A stretch of DNA of 63,262 bases, counting the filler, from Octopus bimaculoides (Eukaryota), in assembly GCF_001194135.2 (NCBI RefSeq). It is 5 parts of 5 records of this genome, joined end to end, with 100 filler letters (N's around TTAATTAATTAA, not from the genome) between each part and the next. Parts side by side here need not be neighbours in the genome. Positions count along the whole stretch, not along the records: positions 46,213 to 58,687 come from NC_068993.1; positions 58,788 to 60,732 come from NC_068981.1; positions 60,833 to 63,262 come from NC_068984.1; 2 more parts are not named here. The stretch is one strand, 5' to 3'. The notes beneath the pieces were generated by a model. That model saw only the letters and a list, made by a program, of their open reading frames with translations, searched no databases and had not been told where the DNA came from. Below, piece after piece: positions 50,458 to 63,262 of the stretch (positions within the stretch are counted from its first letter, which is position 1; each line of letters opens with the position of its first letter). A program made the translations under genes and the position numbers.

Positions 50458-50488
50458 NNNNNNNNNNNNNNNNNNNNNNNNNNNNNNN

Positions 50489-50529
<41 letters not shown>

Positions 50530-51119
50530 AAAACTCATTTAAAAATCCAGATCATGAGAGTAAACTGCCAGGATCATTGGATCATTACTGAATTACATCT
50601 CATACAGGTGTAAAACGAGTGATAGCAGGTAAGATTCATGAGAATGAAAAGTTAAAAGAATCTATGTGTGGTCACTCAGCATGAAGGAATCATGGATAAG
50701 TCGGAATAAAGATTTAATACATAATCATTAGTTCATTGAATGGATTTAGGTTTTAATTTATAGGAAGGCTGATATGATTTAAATCCTAAGTTTTTCGGGC
50801 TGTGTTCCTCGTCAAAACCGACGAAGATCCATTTATTTTACCCTGGTATTAGCTAATAGAGAAGTAGAAAAGCAATTGCTCAGTTGCTTATTACAATTCT
50901 TATCAAAGATAATGAAATCATTGTCATTACTTAAGTATTACGCGCGCACACACACACATACACACTTGTTTATACACGTACACTCATCCATATATACATA
51001 TGGATGAGTGCAGACACACACTGGTACACACATACGCCCACATCCGACGCTTCCACAATGCACATGCATGACTATGCACAAAATCACTGAACCAAATATA
51101 TACGTACATGCATATAAAC

Positions 51120-51690
51120 ATAGACCCTTTATCGGTGCGCCCTAGAACAGGGCGGTACATCAGGCAACTGGAAGCATTCCACATCAGATCGCTTCAAAAT
51201 ATTCTCGGTCACATGACAGGACATGGCAGGACAAGGTGCCTCATACCAAAATCCTCCCACGGGCTGCAATCTACAGCATTTTGGCCTGCATCCTTCTTCG
51301 TCTACTCCGCTGGGCTGGTCATGTGGTTCGGATGCTGGGTTACCGATTCCAAAAGATGGTCCTCTGCAAGGACACCGAGATAGGACTAATGGACGTCCAA
51401 AACTACGTTTTAATGATGATCTTAAGCGGCCTCTCATTTTATGCGGCGTCGCTTCCAATAGGTTGGAGGTTCTGACTGTTAATCGGAAGGAATGGAAGGT
51501 CGTATGTTAGGCTGGAGTAAAGCGCTTTGAAACCGAACGCTGGAGATTTCATGAAGAGAAGAGGAGACGCCGTTATCAACCCGCTGCAGTAGTTGTTTGG
51601 GGTCACTTTTACTACATTCAGTGTCAAAGGATCTGCTATTTTATATCGTTTTTTTTCAGTCACCTCCGCTCGCATGAGAAAGAGGATGAC
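51120..51690 (+). mobile_element. RTE (BovB-like) 3' ORF fragment
   Basis: RYIRQLEAFHIRSLQNIL..WQDKVPHTKIL..LLRWAGHVVRM..RPKLRFNDDLKR..NRKEWK. Confidence 0.85.
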
Positions 51691-51764
51691 GATGAATGTC
51701 CTGGCACCTTTAATGAGTCGTAATAAGCTCAAGTTAAGCAAGTGTATATACATATATATATGTT

Positions 51765-51796
<32 letters not shown>

Positions 51797-52004
51797 TGTA
51801 TACATCTTTACGTGTGTGTGTGTGTGTGTATGTGTGTGTGTATGTGTACTTGATAGTGTGTGTTAGTGAGTGCCCATATCTCTGTGTACCAAAACTTCTT
51901 GGTTCCGAATCCCACTGCTAAAGAGAGGTTTTTCCTTGTCCAGAGTACTTATGTTGAACGAAAAGTAAGATACCATGTTCCATAGTATCACAAAAACATA
52001 CAAA

Positions 52005-52077
<73 letters not shown>

Positions 52078-52773
52078 NNNNNNNNNNNNNNNNNNNNNNN
52101 NNNNNNNNNNNNNNNNNNNNNNNNNNNNNNNNNNNNNNNNNNNNNNNNNNNNNNNNNNNNNNNNNNNNNNNNNNNNNNNNNNNNNNNNNNNNNNNNNNNN
52201 NNNNNNNNNNNNNNNNNNNNNNNNNNNNNNNNNNNNNNNNNNNNNNNNNNNNNNNNNNNNNNNNNNNNNNNNNNNNNNNNNNNNNNNNNNNNNNNNNNNN
52301 NNNNNNNNNNNNNNNNNNNNNNNNNNNNNNNNNNNNNNNNNNNNNNNNNNNNNNNNNNNNNNNNNNNNNNNNNNNNNNNNNNNNNNNNNNNNNNNNNNNN
52401 NNNNNNNNNNNNNNNNNNNNNNNNNNNNNNNNNNNNNNNNNNNNNNNNNNNNNNNNNNNNNNNNNNNNNNNNNNNNNNNNNNNNNNNNNNNNNNNNNNNN
52501 NNNNNNNNNNNNNNNNNNNNNNNNNNNNNNNNNNNNNNNNNNNNNNNNNNNNNNNNNNNNNNNNNNNNNNNNNNNNNNNNNNNNNNNNNNNNNNNNNNNN
52601 NNNNNNNNNNNNNNNNNNNNNNNNNNNNNNNNNNNNNNNNNNNNNNNNNNNNNNNNNNNNNNNNNNNNNNNNNNNNNNNNNNNNNNNNNNNNNNNNNNNN
52701 NNNNNNNNNNNNNNNNNNNNNNNNNNNNNNNNNNNNNNNNNNNNNNNNNNNNNNNNNNNNNNNNNNNNNNNNN

Positions 52774-52856
<83 letters not shown>

Positions 52857-53031
52857 CATACATACATATATACATATATATACAGGCATATCACCATATA
52901 TATATTTGTAAATTTTTATATGTATATATTTACATGCGCACCCGCAAACTCACCAAAGCGCACATTTATGCACACACAAGCATACAATTGTCTGCTTGCG
53001 TATGTGTGACGATGAACATACACACACGCAG

Positions 53032-53068
<37 letters not shown>

Positions 53069-53352
53069 CGACCTCTCACTTCCGTCTCAATTTCTTCTTC
53101 CTCGCACTATTTCTCTCTTTCTTCCCATATCCAATTCTCTTTTTTCTTTTAGGTATTTTGTCTATGTATCTTCCTGTTGGTAACAGATGTGCCTAAACGT
53201 GCTTTTTATGAGCGTATTCCGCTTTAGCGCACGCGCAGCGTTCCCACAACAACAGACATTCACGTTCAAACTAGCACATACGGACACATGCGCACATCTG
53301 TATGTATGTATGTATGTATGTATGTATGTACGTATGTATGTATGCATGCACG

Positions 53353-53383
<31 letters not shown>

Positions 53384-53402
53384 TTATGTATGTATGTATC
53401 AA

Positions 53403-53433
<31 letters not shown>

Positions 53434-53495
53434 AAAATAATACAAATAATGTGTGTATATGCATATATACGTACATCTATGTACATGCCTACATC

Positions 53496-53542
<47 letters not shown>

Positions 53543-54036
53543 NNNNNNNNNNNNNNNNNNNNNNNNNNNNNNNNNNNNNNNNNNNNNNNNNNNNNNNNNN
53601 NNNNNNNNNNNNNNNNNNNNNNNNNNNNNNNNNNNNNNNNNNNNNNNNNNNNNNNNNNNNNNNNNNNNNNNNNNNNNNNNNNNNNNNNNNNNNNNNNNNN
53701 NNNNNNNNNNNNNNNNNNNNNNNNNNNNNNNNNNNNNNNNNNNNNNNNNNNNNNNNNNNNNNNNNNNNNNNNNNNNNNNNNNNNNNNNNNNNNNNNNNNN
53801 NNNNNNNNNNNNNNNNNNNNNNNNNNNNNNNNNNNNNNNNNNNNNNNNNNNNNNNNNNNNNNNNNNNNNNNNNNNNNNNNNNNNNNNNNNNNNNNNNNNN
53901 NNNNNNNNNNNNNNNNNNNNNNNNNNNNNNNNNNNNNNNNNNNNNNNNNNNNNNNNNNNNNNNNNNNNNNNNNNNNNNNNNNNNNNNNNNNNNNNNNNNN
54001 NNNNNNNNNNNNNNNNNNNNNNNNNNNNNNNNNNNT

Positions 54037-54372
54037 AGGAGTGGCTGTGTGGTAAGTAGCTTGCTTACCAACCACATGGTTCCGGGTTCAGTCCCACTGC
54101 GTGGCACCTTGGGCAAGTGTCTTCTACTATAACCTCGGGCCGACCAAAGCCTTGTGAGTGGATTTGGTAGACGGAAACTGAAAGAAGCTCGTCGTATATA
54201 TGTACATGTATATATATATGTATGTATGTGTGTGTGTGTGTGTGTGTTTATGTGTGTGTGTTTATAAGTACCAGGCTTACAAAGAATAAGTCCTGGGGTC
54301 GATTTGCTCGACTAAAGGTGGTGCTCCAGCATGGCCACAGTCAAATGACTGAAACAAGTAAAAGAGTAAAAG
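54037..54372 (+). mobile_element. SINE family C with deletion downstream of the internal microsatellite
   Basis: Near-consensus head GGAGTGGCTGTGTGGTAAGTAGC..CCTTGGGCAAGTGTCTTC; resumes at ATAAGTACCAGGCTTAC. Confidence 0.9.
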
Positions 54373-54374
54373 AG

Positions 54375-54410
<36 letters not shown>

Positions 54411-54451
54411 GCACAGAGAAGTATCTACATATATATACAGAATGACATATG

Positions 54452-54516
<65 letters not shown>

Positions 54517-54879
54517 GTTTATACGATCTAATTGTATATATATGTGTAATTATCTGGCAGTCTCTCCACCCCCACCGATTTCATTCCCCCACACTCACAC
54601 ATTATCATGCAGTTTACACTTATATTGATACATTTATAAGTATTCATCATAATTTAATTATTTTGTGTAGTTTACAAGTATGAATATATTATATTGGTGC
54701 GCGCGCATTTATGTGTATGTTTGGAGTGTGCATGTGTGTTTGGTGCGTGTGTGTGTTTGGTGTGGGTGTGTGGTGCGTGTGTGTGTACGTATAAATTTAA
54801 TTTAATATGTGTCTGTGTGTGTGTATCTGAGTGTGTGTGTGTGTGTGTACTTTTGATGAGAACATATCATTTAATCTCT

Positions 54880-55420
<541 letters not shown>

Positions 55421-55909
55421 TGTGTATAAATCTATGTATTAGTGTGTGGGTGTATGTGGGCGGGGTTGTATGTGTCTATTTTAATGTACATCAATATTTT
55501 CCTTCTATATTTATGCGTACATTTGTAACATTTTAGCATTTCATTTGAGATTTATATTATCCTAAATTATCTTTCTACTACTTTCAAATGTCTTTATAAG
55601 CTTATGCGTGTGTATAGCTGTATCTATGCAGATGTATAACTGTGTAATATATATGAGAAGAGATTTCCGATTACGTGAGTTTGTGCATATGTGTGCGTGT
55701 ATGTGTGTGTGTATGCGCGTGCCCGTGTGTGTGTGTGTGTGTGCATGCGCGTGTATGTGCGTGTGTTTGTGCATATGCATGTAATGTAGGAAATCTGTGT
55801 ATGAGCACACTTTTACATATGTTAAATACTTAATTTCAATTATATCTTTTTATTTTATTTTCTGAAGGGATGGCCATCAATTTTCTGTCCTTGTTATAGC
55901 ACAACTACG

Positions 55910-56175
55910 ACTGCCCATTACCACCGCAACCACTACTATTACCACAAGCACCACCACTACCACAAGCACCACCACTACCACAACTACCACCACTACCACA
56001 ACCACCACCACTACCACAACTACCATCACTACCACAACCAACACTACCACATTACCACCGCCGCCACGACGACAACGACGACGACCACCACCACCACCAC
56101 GACCACCACCACAACCACGACCACCACGACCACCACCACCACGACCACCACCACGACCACCACCACCACCACCAC
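55910..56175. repeat. (ACC/ACT/ACA/ACG)n compound triplet repeat
   Basis: Directly visible. Confidence 0.9.
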
Positions 56176-56269
56176 TTTACCTCTGCAAATATCACCATGC
56201 ATATGTGTGAGCGAATCGATCTCTACGTGTATCTGCGCTTGTGAGTGTGAGTGAATCAGTGTGTGTGTG

Positions 56270-56332
<63 letters not shown>

Positions 56333-56339
56333 GTGTATG

Positions 56340-56374
<35 letters not shown>

Positions 56375-58398
56375 GTGTTTGTGTGTGTATGTGTGTGCGT
56401 GTATTTGTGTGTGTGTCTCCTCGCGTGTGAATGGGAATTGATATGTTGAAGGTTGAATAAGAAGAAGTCTACTCAGTAACGTAACTGAAGTGTCATTGGT
56501 AGATAGTTAATGACGATAAAGACGGGGAGAGGGATGTTAAACAAAATATATACACCAACCTGTGAACACATTTGTATGTGTATCTCAAGGCATGAAATTG
56601 TAAGGCTATTTTGGACGATAACTGACGAGGAATGAGCACCGTCACGTCTCATGTGTTAATTTTCCTTTTGTTCCTTTCTTGTGTTTCTACTTAAATTTTG
56701 GAACTACACGTGGTTGTCGTGGAAATATATGAATCTGACGTATCTTTAGTCAATATGCGCAAACATTTGTACGGATATGTATAATTATTTGTATGTATAT
56801 TCTCGTGTATTGCGTTGACGACGGAAAAAGGTCTTTTTTATGGCTTTTGTCCGGAAATTGGACCCAATTCACAATTAACGAGAAGTCTTTTTTAATATGT
56901 TTTTACTCACCCGACTACAACCTGTGTCTTTTTGGAGTTATTCGGTTGTTTTTTAGTGCTTTGGCATTTCAAGCTTGTAGGAGACAGACCGTTTCGCCCT
57001 GTACCCTTAATATAATTATACACACACGCGCGCGCGCCCATATATATATATATATGATTATTAATTTAGTATATAAATTACCTATAAATTTTTATTTCAT
57101 GCTGACCATCTGATATAATCATCAACGTGATTCTATTCTTCTATTCTGTTATGAATAAATAAAATAAAATTATATATATATATACATGTGTGTGTGTGTA
57201 AATATGTAAATGTATATATANNNNNNNNNNNNNNNNNNNNNNNNNNNNNNNNNNNNNNNNNNNNNNNNNNNNNNNNNNNNNNNNNNNNNNNNNNNNNNNN
57301 NNNNNNNNNNNNNNNNNNNNNNNNNNNNNNNNNNNNNNNNNNNNNNNNNNNNNNNNNNNNNNNNNNNNNNNNNNNNNNNNNNNNNNNNNNNNNNNNNNNN
57401 NNNNNNNNNNNNNNNNNNNNNNNNNNNNNNNNNNNNNNNNNNNNNNNNNNNNNNNNNNNNNNNNNNNNNNNNNNNNNNNNNNNNNNNNNNNNNNNNNNNN
57501 NNNNNNNNNNNNNNNNNNNNNNNNNNNNNNNNNNNNNNNNNNNNNNNNNNNNNNNNNNNNNNNNNNNNNNNNNNNNNNNNNNNNNNNNNNNNNNNNNNNN
57601 NNNNNNNNNNNNNNNNNNNNNNNNNNNNNNNNNNNNNNNNNNNNNNNNNNNNNNNNNNNNNNNNNNNNNNTATATACATACATATATATGTGTTGTGTGT
57701 AAATATATAAATATATATATAAATATATATATATATATGAAATGGATGCGTGGCATTCCATCATATAATAATATAAATAATATATAAATATATGCATATA
57801 TATACATACATATATGTACATATCTACATATATATATGTATATATACATGCATATATGTGTACAGGGCATAAGAAAAACGTAGACAGAATGAGAAACGAC
57901 AGAATGAAAAAGAAAAATATAGAAAACGAAATTTTTTTCGAACAACGAAAAAAACAAACAAACAGAGAAACGAGACATGCAACATAAAGAACAATCCCTT
58001 CCGCATTTCGAAGGTAAGGACAAGACGCGACTTCGTTAAAACAGTTCTTCCCGCAAAGCAAATAAAATAAAATTTGGTATTTTTGCGGAGGGGTAAAGTG
58101 GTAACAAAAACAGGACAGTGAGAACAAAACAGTAAAAACAAACGGTCAGGGCTGTTAAGCCAAGAGGATGTGAAGTGTTAAACGCGGGAAAAACGAACTT
58201 TGAGAAGAGACAGATAAAAGCGCGTTTTGTCTTTAGGAAGTGGAAGAAAGAAAGAATGGCCGTTGATCGCGTGTGAGCAACGAGAGAGTCAATAGAAAGA
58301 GTGAGAGAGAGAGGGAACGGTGAAGGGGAGAGGGGAAAATGGGGAAAGTTTAGGAGAGAAAAACAGAAAGGAAGAAGAACAAGAGAGTGAGATTGATA

Positions 58399-58607
58399 GC
58401 CTTTAGTCGAACAAATTGACCTCAGAACTTATTTTTTGTAGGCCTAATACTTATTCTATCGGGTCTTTTTTACCAAACCGCTAAGTTGCGGGAACGTAAA
58501 CACACCAACATCGGTTGTCAAGCGATGATAGTGGAGGTGGGGGGATACGCACACACATACATCAACATATACATATACATACTTACCACACAGCCACTCC
58601 TGCGCCT
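58399..58607 (-). mobile_element. SINE family C with deletion upstream of the internal microsatellite
   Basis: Reverse complement reads AGGCGCAGGAGTGGCTGTGTGGTAAGT, jumps to the microsatellite, then CATCGCTTGACAACCGATGTTGGTGTG..TCGACTAAAGGC. Confidence 0.8.
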
Positions 58608-58787
58608 ACACACACATACACACACGCACACACACACACAAACACACACATAGACACACACACTCACACACACACACACACACACACNNNNNNNNNNNNN
58701 NNNNNNNNNNNNNNNNNNNNNNNNNNNNNNNTTAATTAATTAANNNNNNNNNNNNNNNNNNNNNNNNNNNNNNNNNNNNNNNNNNNN

Positions 58788-58826
<39 letters not shown>

Positions 58827-59090
58827 GTCTATGTGTGTTTGCAGGTGTATGTGTTTGCCTATGTTTAGATATGTATTGATATATATATATATATATATAT
58901 CCATCCATATACATTGTATTGCAGCTAACAGTTGTAGCTATGTTCTATATTCTACTCAATAGTTAACATACGTATCATATTAATATTCAACAGGAAAAAA
59001 GTAAATATATGTCATTACTATAACCGCCCTAAGCAGAATAATAACAATCGCAGATACGTTCCACCTTACAGCTATTGTAACAGCTTGCAC

Positions 59091-59140
<50 letters not shown>

Positions 59141-59675
59141 TTCAACATCATAGTTATGACGTTATTGTTACAGGTCTACTAGAACACGTGACAAAATACT
59201 GTTCAGGTTTCAAATCCCCGCCGAGCTCGATTTTTTTTCCTTTTATCTTTCTGTTATCAAATAGAATAACTCTCAGTCGTGTTTTGAAATAGCTTCGATC
59301 CACAGTTCCCTGCATTACACACAATGCGTCGTTTTGCTTTAATCAATGTAAGGAATTAATATTGAATCGAGTAGACAGCAGTGAGAATGATTGCGGTAAA
59401 AGAGGCCATCCTGCAGTGTCGTGACAATTACACAGTTTCAATACTAGGTTGAGCTAAGTTCATTCGACTTACGTTATTATTTCTGCCCTACGGGAGATTA
59501 TAAACGTGACAAGCTTTACTTAGTATTAACGTGTTCTGGCACAGCTTAAGGCGTGATAGAGAAAATAAAGACAGCATTTAAACAAATGAAACAATTCGTA
59601 GCTCCCAAATAATTGTAACTTTATTACTACTCAAGAGAGACCGCAATACATTGTACAGTCTAGTACCCGTGAGCA

Positions 59676-59900
59676 GTGGGGGCGAGTGGCCTGGTGGTTA
59701 GGGTGTTGCACACACAATTACAAGATCGTGTGTTCGATTCTCTCACCAGGCGAAGCGTTTTGTTCATATGCAAATCACATCGTTTCACGTTGCTTTACGA
59801 TCATTTTAATATTTGACGTCTGGCACATCGTGCTCCTATAAAAGCAAATGTCAATTTGATGGAGGGAGTGAACTAATGTACAGTACATGAATTTGATCGT
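59676..59900 (+). mobile_element. tRNA-derived SINE related to family E
   Basis: GTGGCCTGGTGGTTAGGGTGTTGCAC..GTTCGATTC..TTTCACGTTGCT. Confidence 0.6.
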
Positions 59901-60559
59901 GATATACAAAACTCTGTGCAATTATAGCAACAAGAAAATTGGGTAATTCTCATTTTTTTTTTGTTTACGATTCGAGTGTTAAGCGAAAAGAAAAAAAATT
60001 AAAAAACAAGCTATGCGCTCTAAACTAGTGAGTCAGTATATTGACGGCTTTTTCGAAATCATCTCTCTTCTTTTGCTTCAGTTATACTCCTGAGAATGCC
60101 ATGAATGTTTTACGTTCTAATTTCCTTATAAATTCATACATTACTTTCAAACCGGGGAACAATTTTACAGATTACTTAACGTGGAAAGCAAAACGATTAT
60201 TTCATAAGAACTGTATGATTGTGTCATGGTATGTCTAAGAAACGGCGATGATTATCAGAAAATAAAATTTTCAAATCATATACGCTATATAATTAATCAT
60301 TGTAGGAAAGACGCCATAGTCTAGTCTCACATACAATTCCTCCCTTCACGCACACATGCACCCCAACCCACAAGCTCACACACACACAAACAAATACACA
60401 CACCCACATACACATACTCACTGACACACACACACGCGCATACATACACATACAAACACAAACACAGACATACACAAATGTTTCCCTCATGGAAAAGCAA
60501 TATTTTAAAAGTTTTAGTATGGAAAAATTATATGGATGACCATTGTTTATATATTAAGG

Positions 60560-60732
60560 CAGCGAGCAGGCAGAAACGTTAGCACGCCGGGTGAAGTACT
60601 TAGCGGTATTTCATTTATCTTTACGTTCTGAGTTCAAATTCCGTCGAGGCCCACTTTGCTTTTCAGCCTTTCTGGGTCGATAAATTAAGTACTAATTGCG
60701 TACTGGAATCGATCTAATCGACTGGTCCCCTC
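60560..60732 (+). mobile_element. SINE family A, truncated by a gap
   Basis: GGCAGAAACGTTAGCACGCCGGGTGAA..CTGAGTTCAAATTCCG..GGGTCGATAAATTAAGTAC. Confidence 0.85.
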
Positions 60733-60832
60733 NNNNNNNNNNNNNNNNNNNNNNNNNNNNNNNNNNNNNNNNNNNNTTAATTAATTAANNNNNNNNNNNN
60801 NNNNNNNNNNNNNNNNNNNNNNNNNNNNNNNN

Positions 60833-60873
<41 letters not shown>

Positions 60874-60874
60874 G

Positions 60875-61774
60875 CGAGATTCAATCAATGAGTATCCGGA
60901 CTGTTGCCATAATAACTCAGCTAAAGCACGCAGAGTAAAGCTGCTTGGCACAAATTCACCTTAACCTCTGCTGTACATGTGCATTAAGTTTTAACGCTCT
61001 AGCTCACTTCCACTGTTTACACCAGTGCTTGGAATGATTGCGTGTAGCGTGTGGTCCTCGTATTGACCATGACTATGATAGCTGTCATGGCGATACCTTC
61101 TCAGAGGCCTGCGCAAAGTTGCAGGTGTATGGAGAGGAGTGTATGAGTCGCACACAAGTGTATGAGTGGGTCAGACATTTGCAGCATGGCCGAAAAAGTG
61201 TTGAAATTCACGAACGTTCTGGGAGACCGCAAACAACAGAACTGAGAAAAACATCGCAGATATGCGTGCAACTATGAGGAGAAATCGTTGAATCACCATC
61301 CGTGAGTTATCAGAGGATATGCAGAATAGTTACGGTTCAGTTCGGTCCATTATCACCGAAGGTTTAGGTATGGAACGCATGTCTACCAAGTTTGTGCCAA
61401 AACTTCTTTCAGCTGACCAAAAAGAAAGAAAGAAAAAACACTCGGGTTTCAGTTATATAAGATCTTGATTGTGTTGAGAACGATGATATCTTTTTGAAAA
61501 CTTTGCGTAGTGCTCTAAGCAGGTACCGCCAAGCTTTCGGCAATATTTTATCCAGATTCTCTGTTCAACGTTATCTGTCATGGTCAATGCGACGATCACA
61601 CGCTACACACCTTCCTTTCAAGTACTGGTGTAAACAGCGTAAGTGAGCTAGAAGTTAAAACTTAGTGCGCATGCACAGCGTAGTTCAAGGTCAACGTGTG
61701 CGAAGCGGCTTCACTCTGCGTCCTTTAGCTTCGTTATTATGGCAACAGTCTGGATACTTATTGATCAGACTACG
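60875..61774 (+). mobile_element. Internally deleted mariner element in a (TA)n site
   Basis: ~54-bp TIRs (ATCAAT.AGTATCC.GACTGTTGCCATAATAAC..AGCTAAAG). Transposase N-terminus VYGEECMSRTQVYEW..ERSGRP..TIREL..FVPKLLSADQK; the catalytic domain is absent. Confidence 0.9.
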
Positions 61775-61810
61775 TATATATATATACATACATACATACA
61801 TACACACACA

Positions 61811-61862
<52 letters not shown>

Positions 61863-62428
61863 NNNNNNNNNNNNNNNNNNNNNNNNNNNNNNNNNNNNNN
61901 NNNNNNNNNNNNNNNNNNNNNNNNNNNNNNNNNNNNNNNNNNNNNNNNNNNNNNNNNNNNNNNNNNNNNNNNNNNNNNNNNNNNNNNNNNNNNNNNNNNN
62001 NNNNNNNNNNNNNNNNNNNNNNNNNNNNNNNNNNNNNNNNNNNNNNNNNNNNNNNNNNNNNNNNNNNNNNNNNNNNNNNNNNNNNNNNNNNNNNNNNNNN
62101 NNNNNNNNNNNNNNNNNNNNNNNNNNNNNNNNNNNNNNNNNNNNNNNNNNNNNNNNNNNNNNNNNNNNNNNNNNNNNNNNNNNNNNNNNNNNNNNNNNNN
62201 NNNNNNNNNNNNNNNNNNNNNNNNNNNNNNNNNNNNNNNNNNNNNNNNNNNNNNNNNNNNNNNNNNNNNNNNNNNNNNNNNNNNNNNNNNNNNNNNNNNN
62301 NNNNNNNNNNNNNNNNNNNNNNNNNNNNNNNNNNNNNNNNNNNNNNNNNNNNNNNNNNNNNNNNNNNNNNNNNNNNNNNNNNNNNNNNNNNNNNNNNNNN
62401 NNNNNNNNNNNNNNNNNNNNNNNNNNNN

Positions 62429-62479
<51 letters not shown>

Positions 62480-63214
62480 TATATGATATACTTGGCTGAT
62501 GCCTTTTCGTTGCTTGATTCAATGATTCATATCAGCTGCTTACATTAAATAATTATTAACAAGATGGCTGAGAATTAATGCCGCTGGGTATTGTGTGTTA
62601 AATAGAAATTGAGTCTCATATATGTCATGCTGTTAGTAGTAAAACGTCGATTAACTGAGGTTATGTATGCATTTAGAATTGTATAGAAAATCTCAGTTAA
62701 TGGTGGTTTCCATACTCAGTATATCCCATATGTAAGACTGCCGTGTTTGTATTAGATGATTATTCTCTTAAGTCTTTTTCACATGTTCGTAATAATGTTT
62801 GTTTTAATGTTTTTATAATTCATAGATTTGTATACGTATTTATATACAATGGAATTGTATACACATACAATGTGTTTTTGAAGCAGATTTCGGAATGAAC
62901 ATTCATCGGTAAGCTGTACTTTTTCTAGGTACGTTTTTATAGATGTGAAGACTAGGATGTTGATAATATGTCCTTTCCTTCTAAAGATATTGCAAATCAC
63001 TGGCAGTGGCACTCAGAATGTTGTTTCCCTGTGCACACTACCCATGCTGTCTATAATCTTTGCATACTTTGCATGTTGTACATGTAAGTGTGCTTGTTCA
63101 CGATCACTTGTAAACACAGAAAAGCAATGGTGAGGATGACCGAATCACTGGAGCACCAGATAGTAAGTTATGCTACAGAAATATGTATCAGTGTATATAT
63201 ATATATATGTATCA

Positions 63215-63262
<48 letters not shown>

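Noticed and set aside
55910-56175. Mucin-like poly-Thr exon
   Set aside because: Simple triplet repeat with no splice context or flanking coding sequence.

Overview
AT-rich, gap-ridden animal genomic DNA. The SINE families and (TA)n/(CA)n/(ATT)n microsatellite load fit an octopus (probably Octopus bimaculoides-type) assembly; this is recognition from memory, not a database hit. I could not confidently identify any host protein-coding exon, rRNA, true tRNA gene or CRISPR array. Nearly all supplied ORFs are artefacts of N-gaps, microsatellites or decayed transposons. The window is a mosaic of: at least five tRNA-derived SINE families; degenerate APE-type LINEs (RTE-like, several families); R4/Dong-like restriction-endonuclease LINE fragments joined by (TAA)n tracts; a full-length but dead DD41D (rosa/Visitor) Tc1-mariner; an internally deleted mariner; a hAT end; Penelope-like termini with hammerhead relics; and tandem repeats. 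The most notable unexplained structures are (1) an ~18 kb CpG-depleted block (about 27.6-46.1 kb) lying between two artificial TTAATTAATTAA scaffold linkers, suggesting a methylated gene-body compartment, (2) a ~330-bp repeat present three times that brackets an RTE LINE as direct repeats, and (3) ribozyme relics in retroelement termini. I found no convincing evidence of a wholly new biological system.
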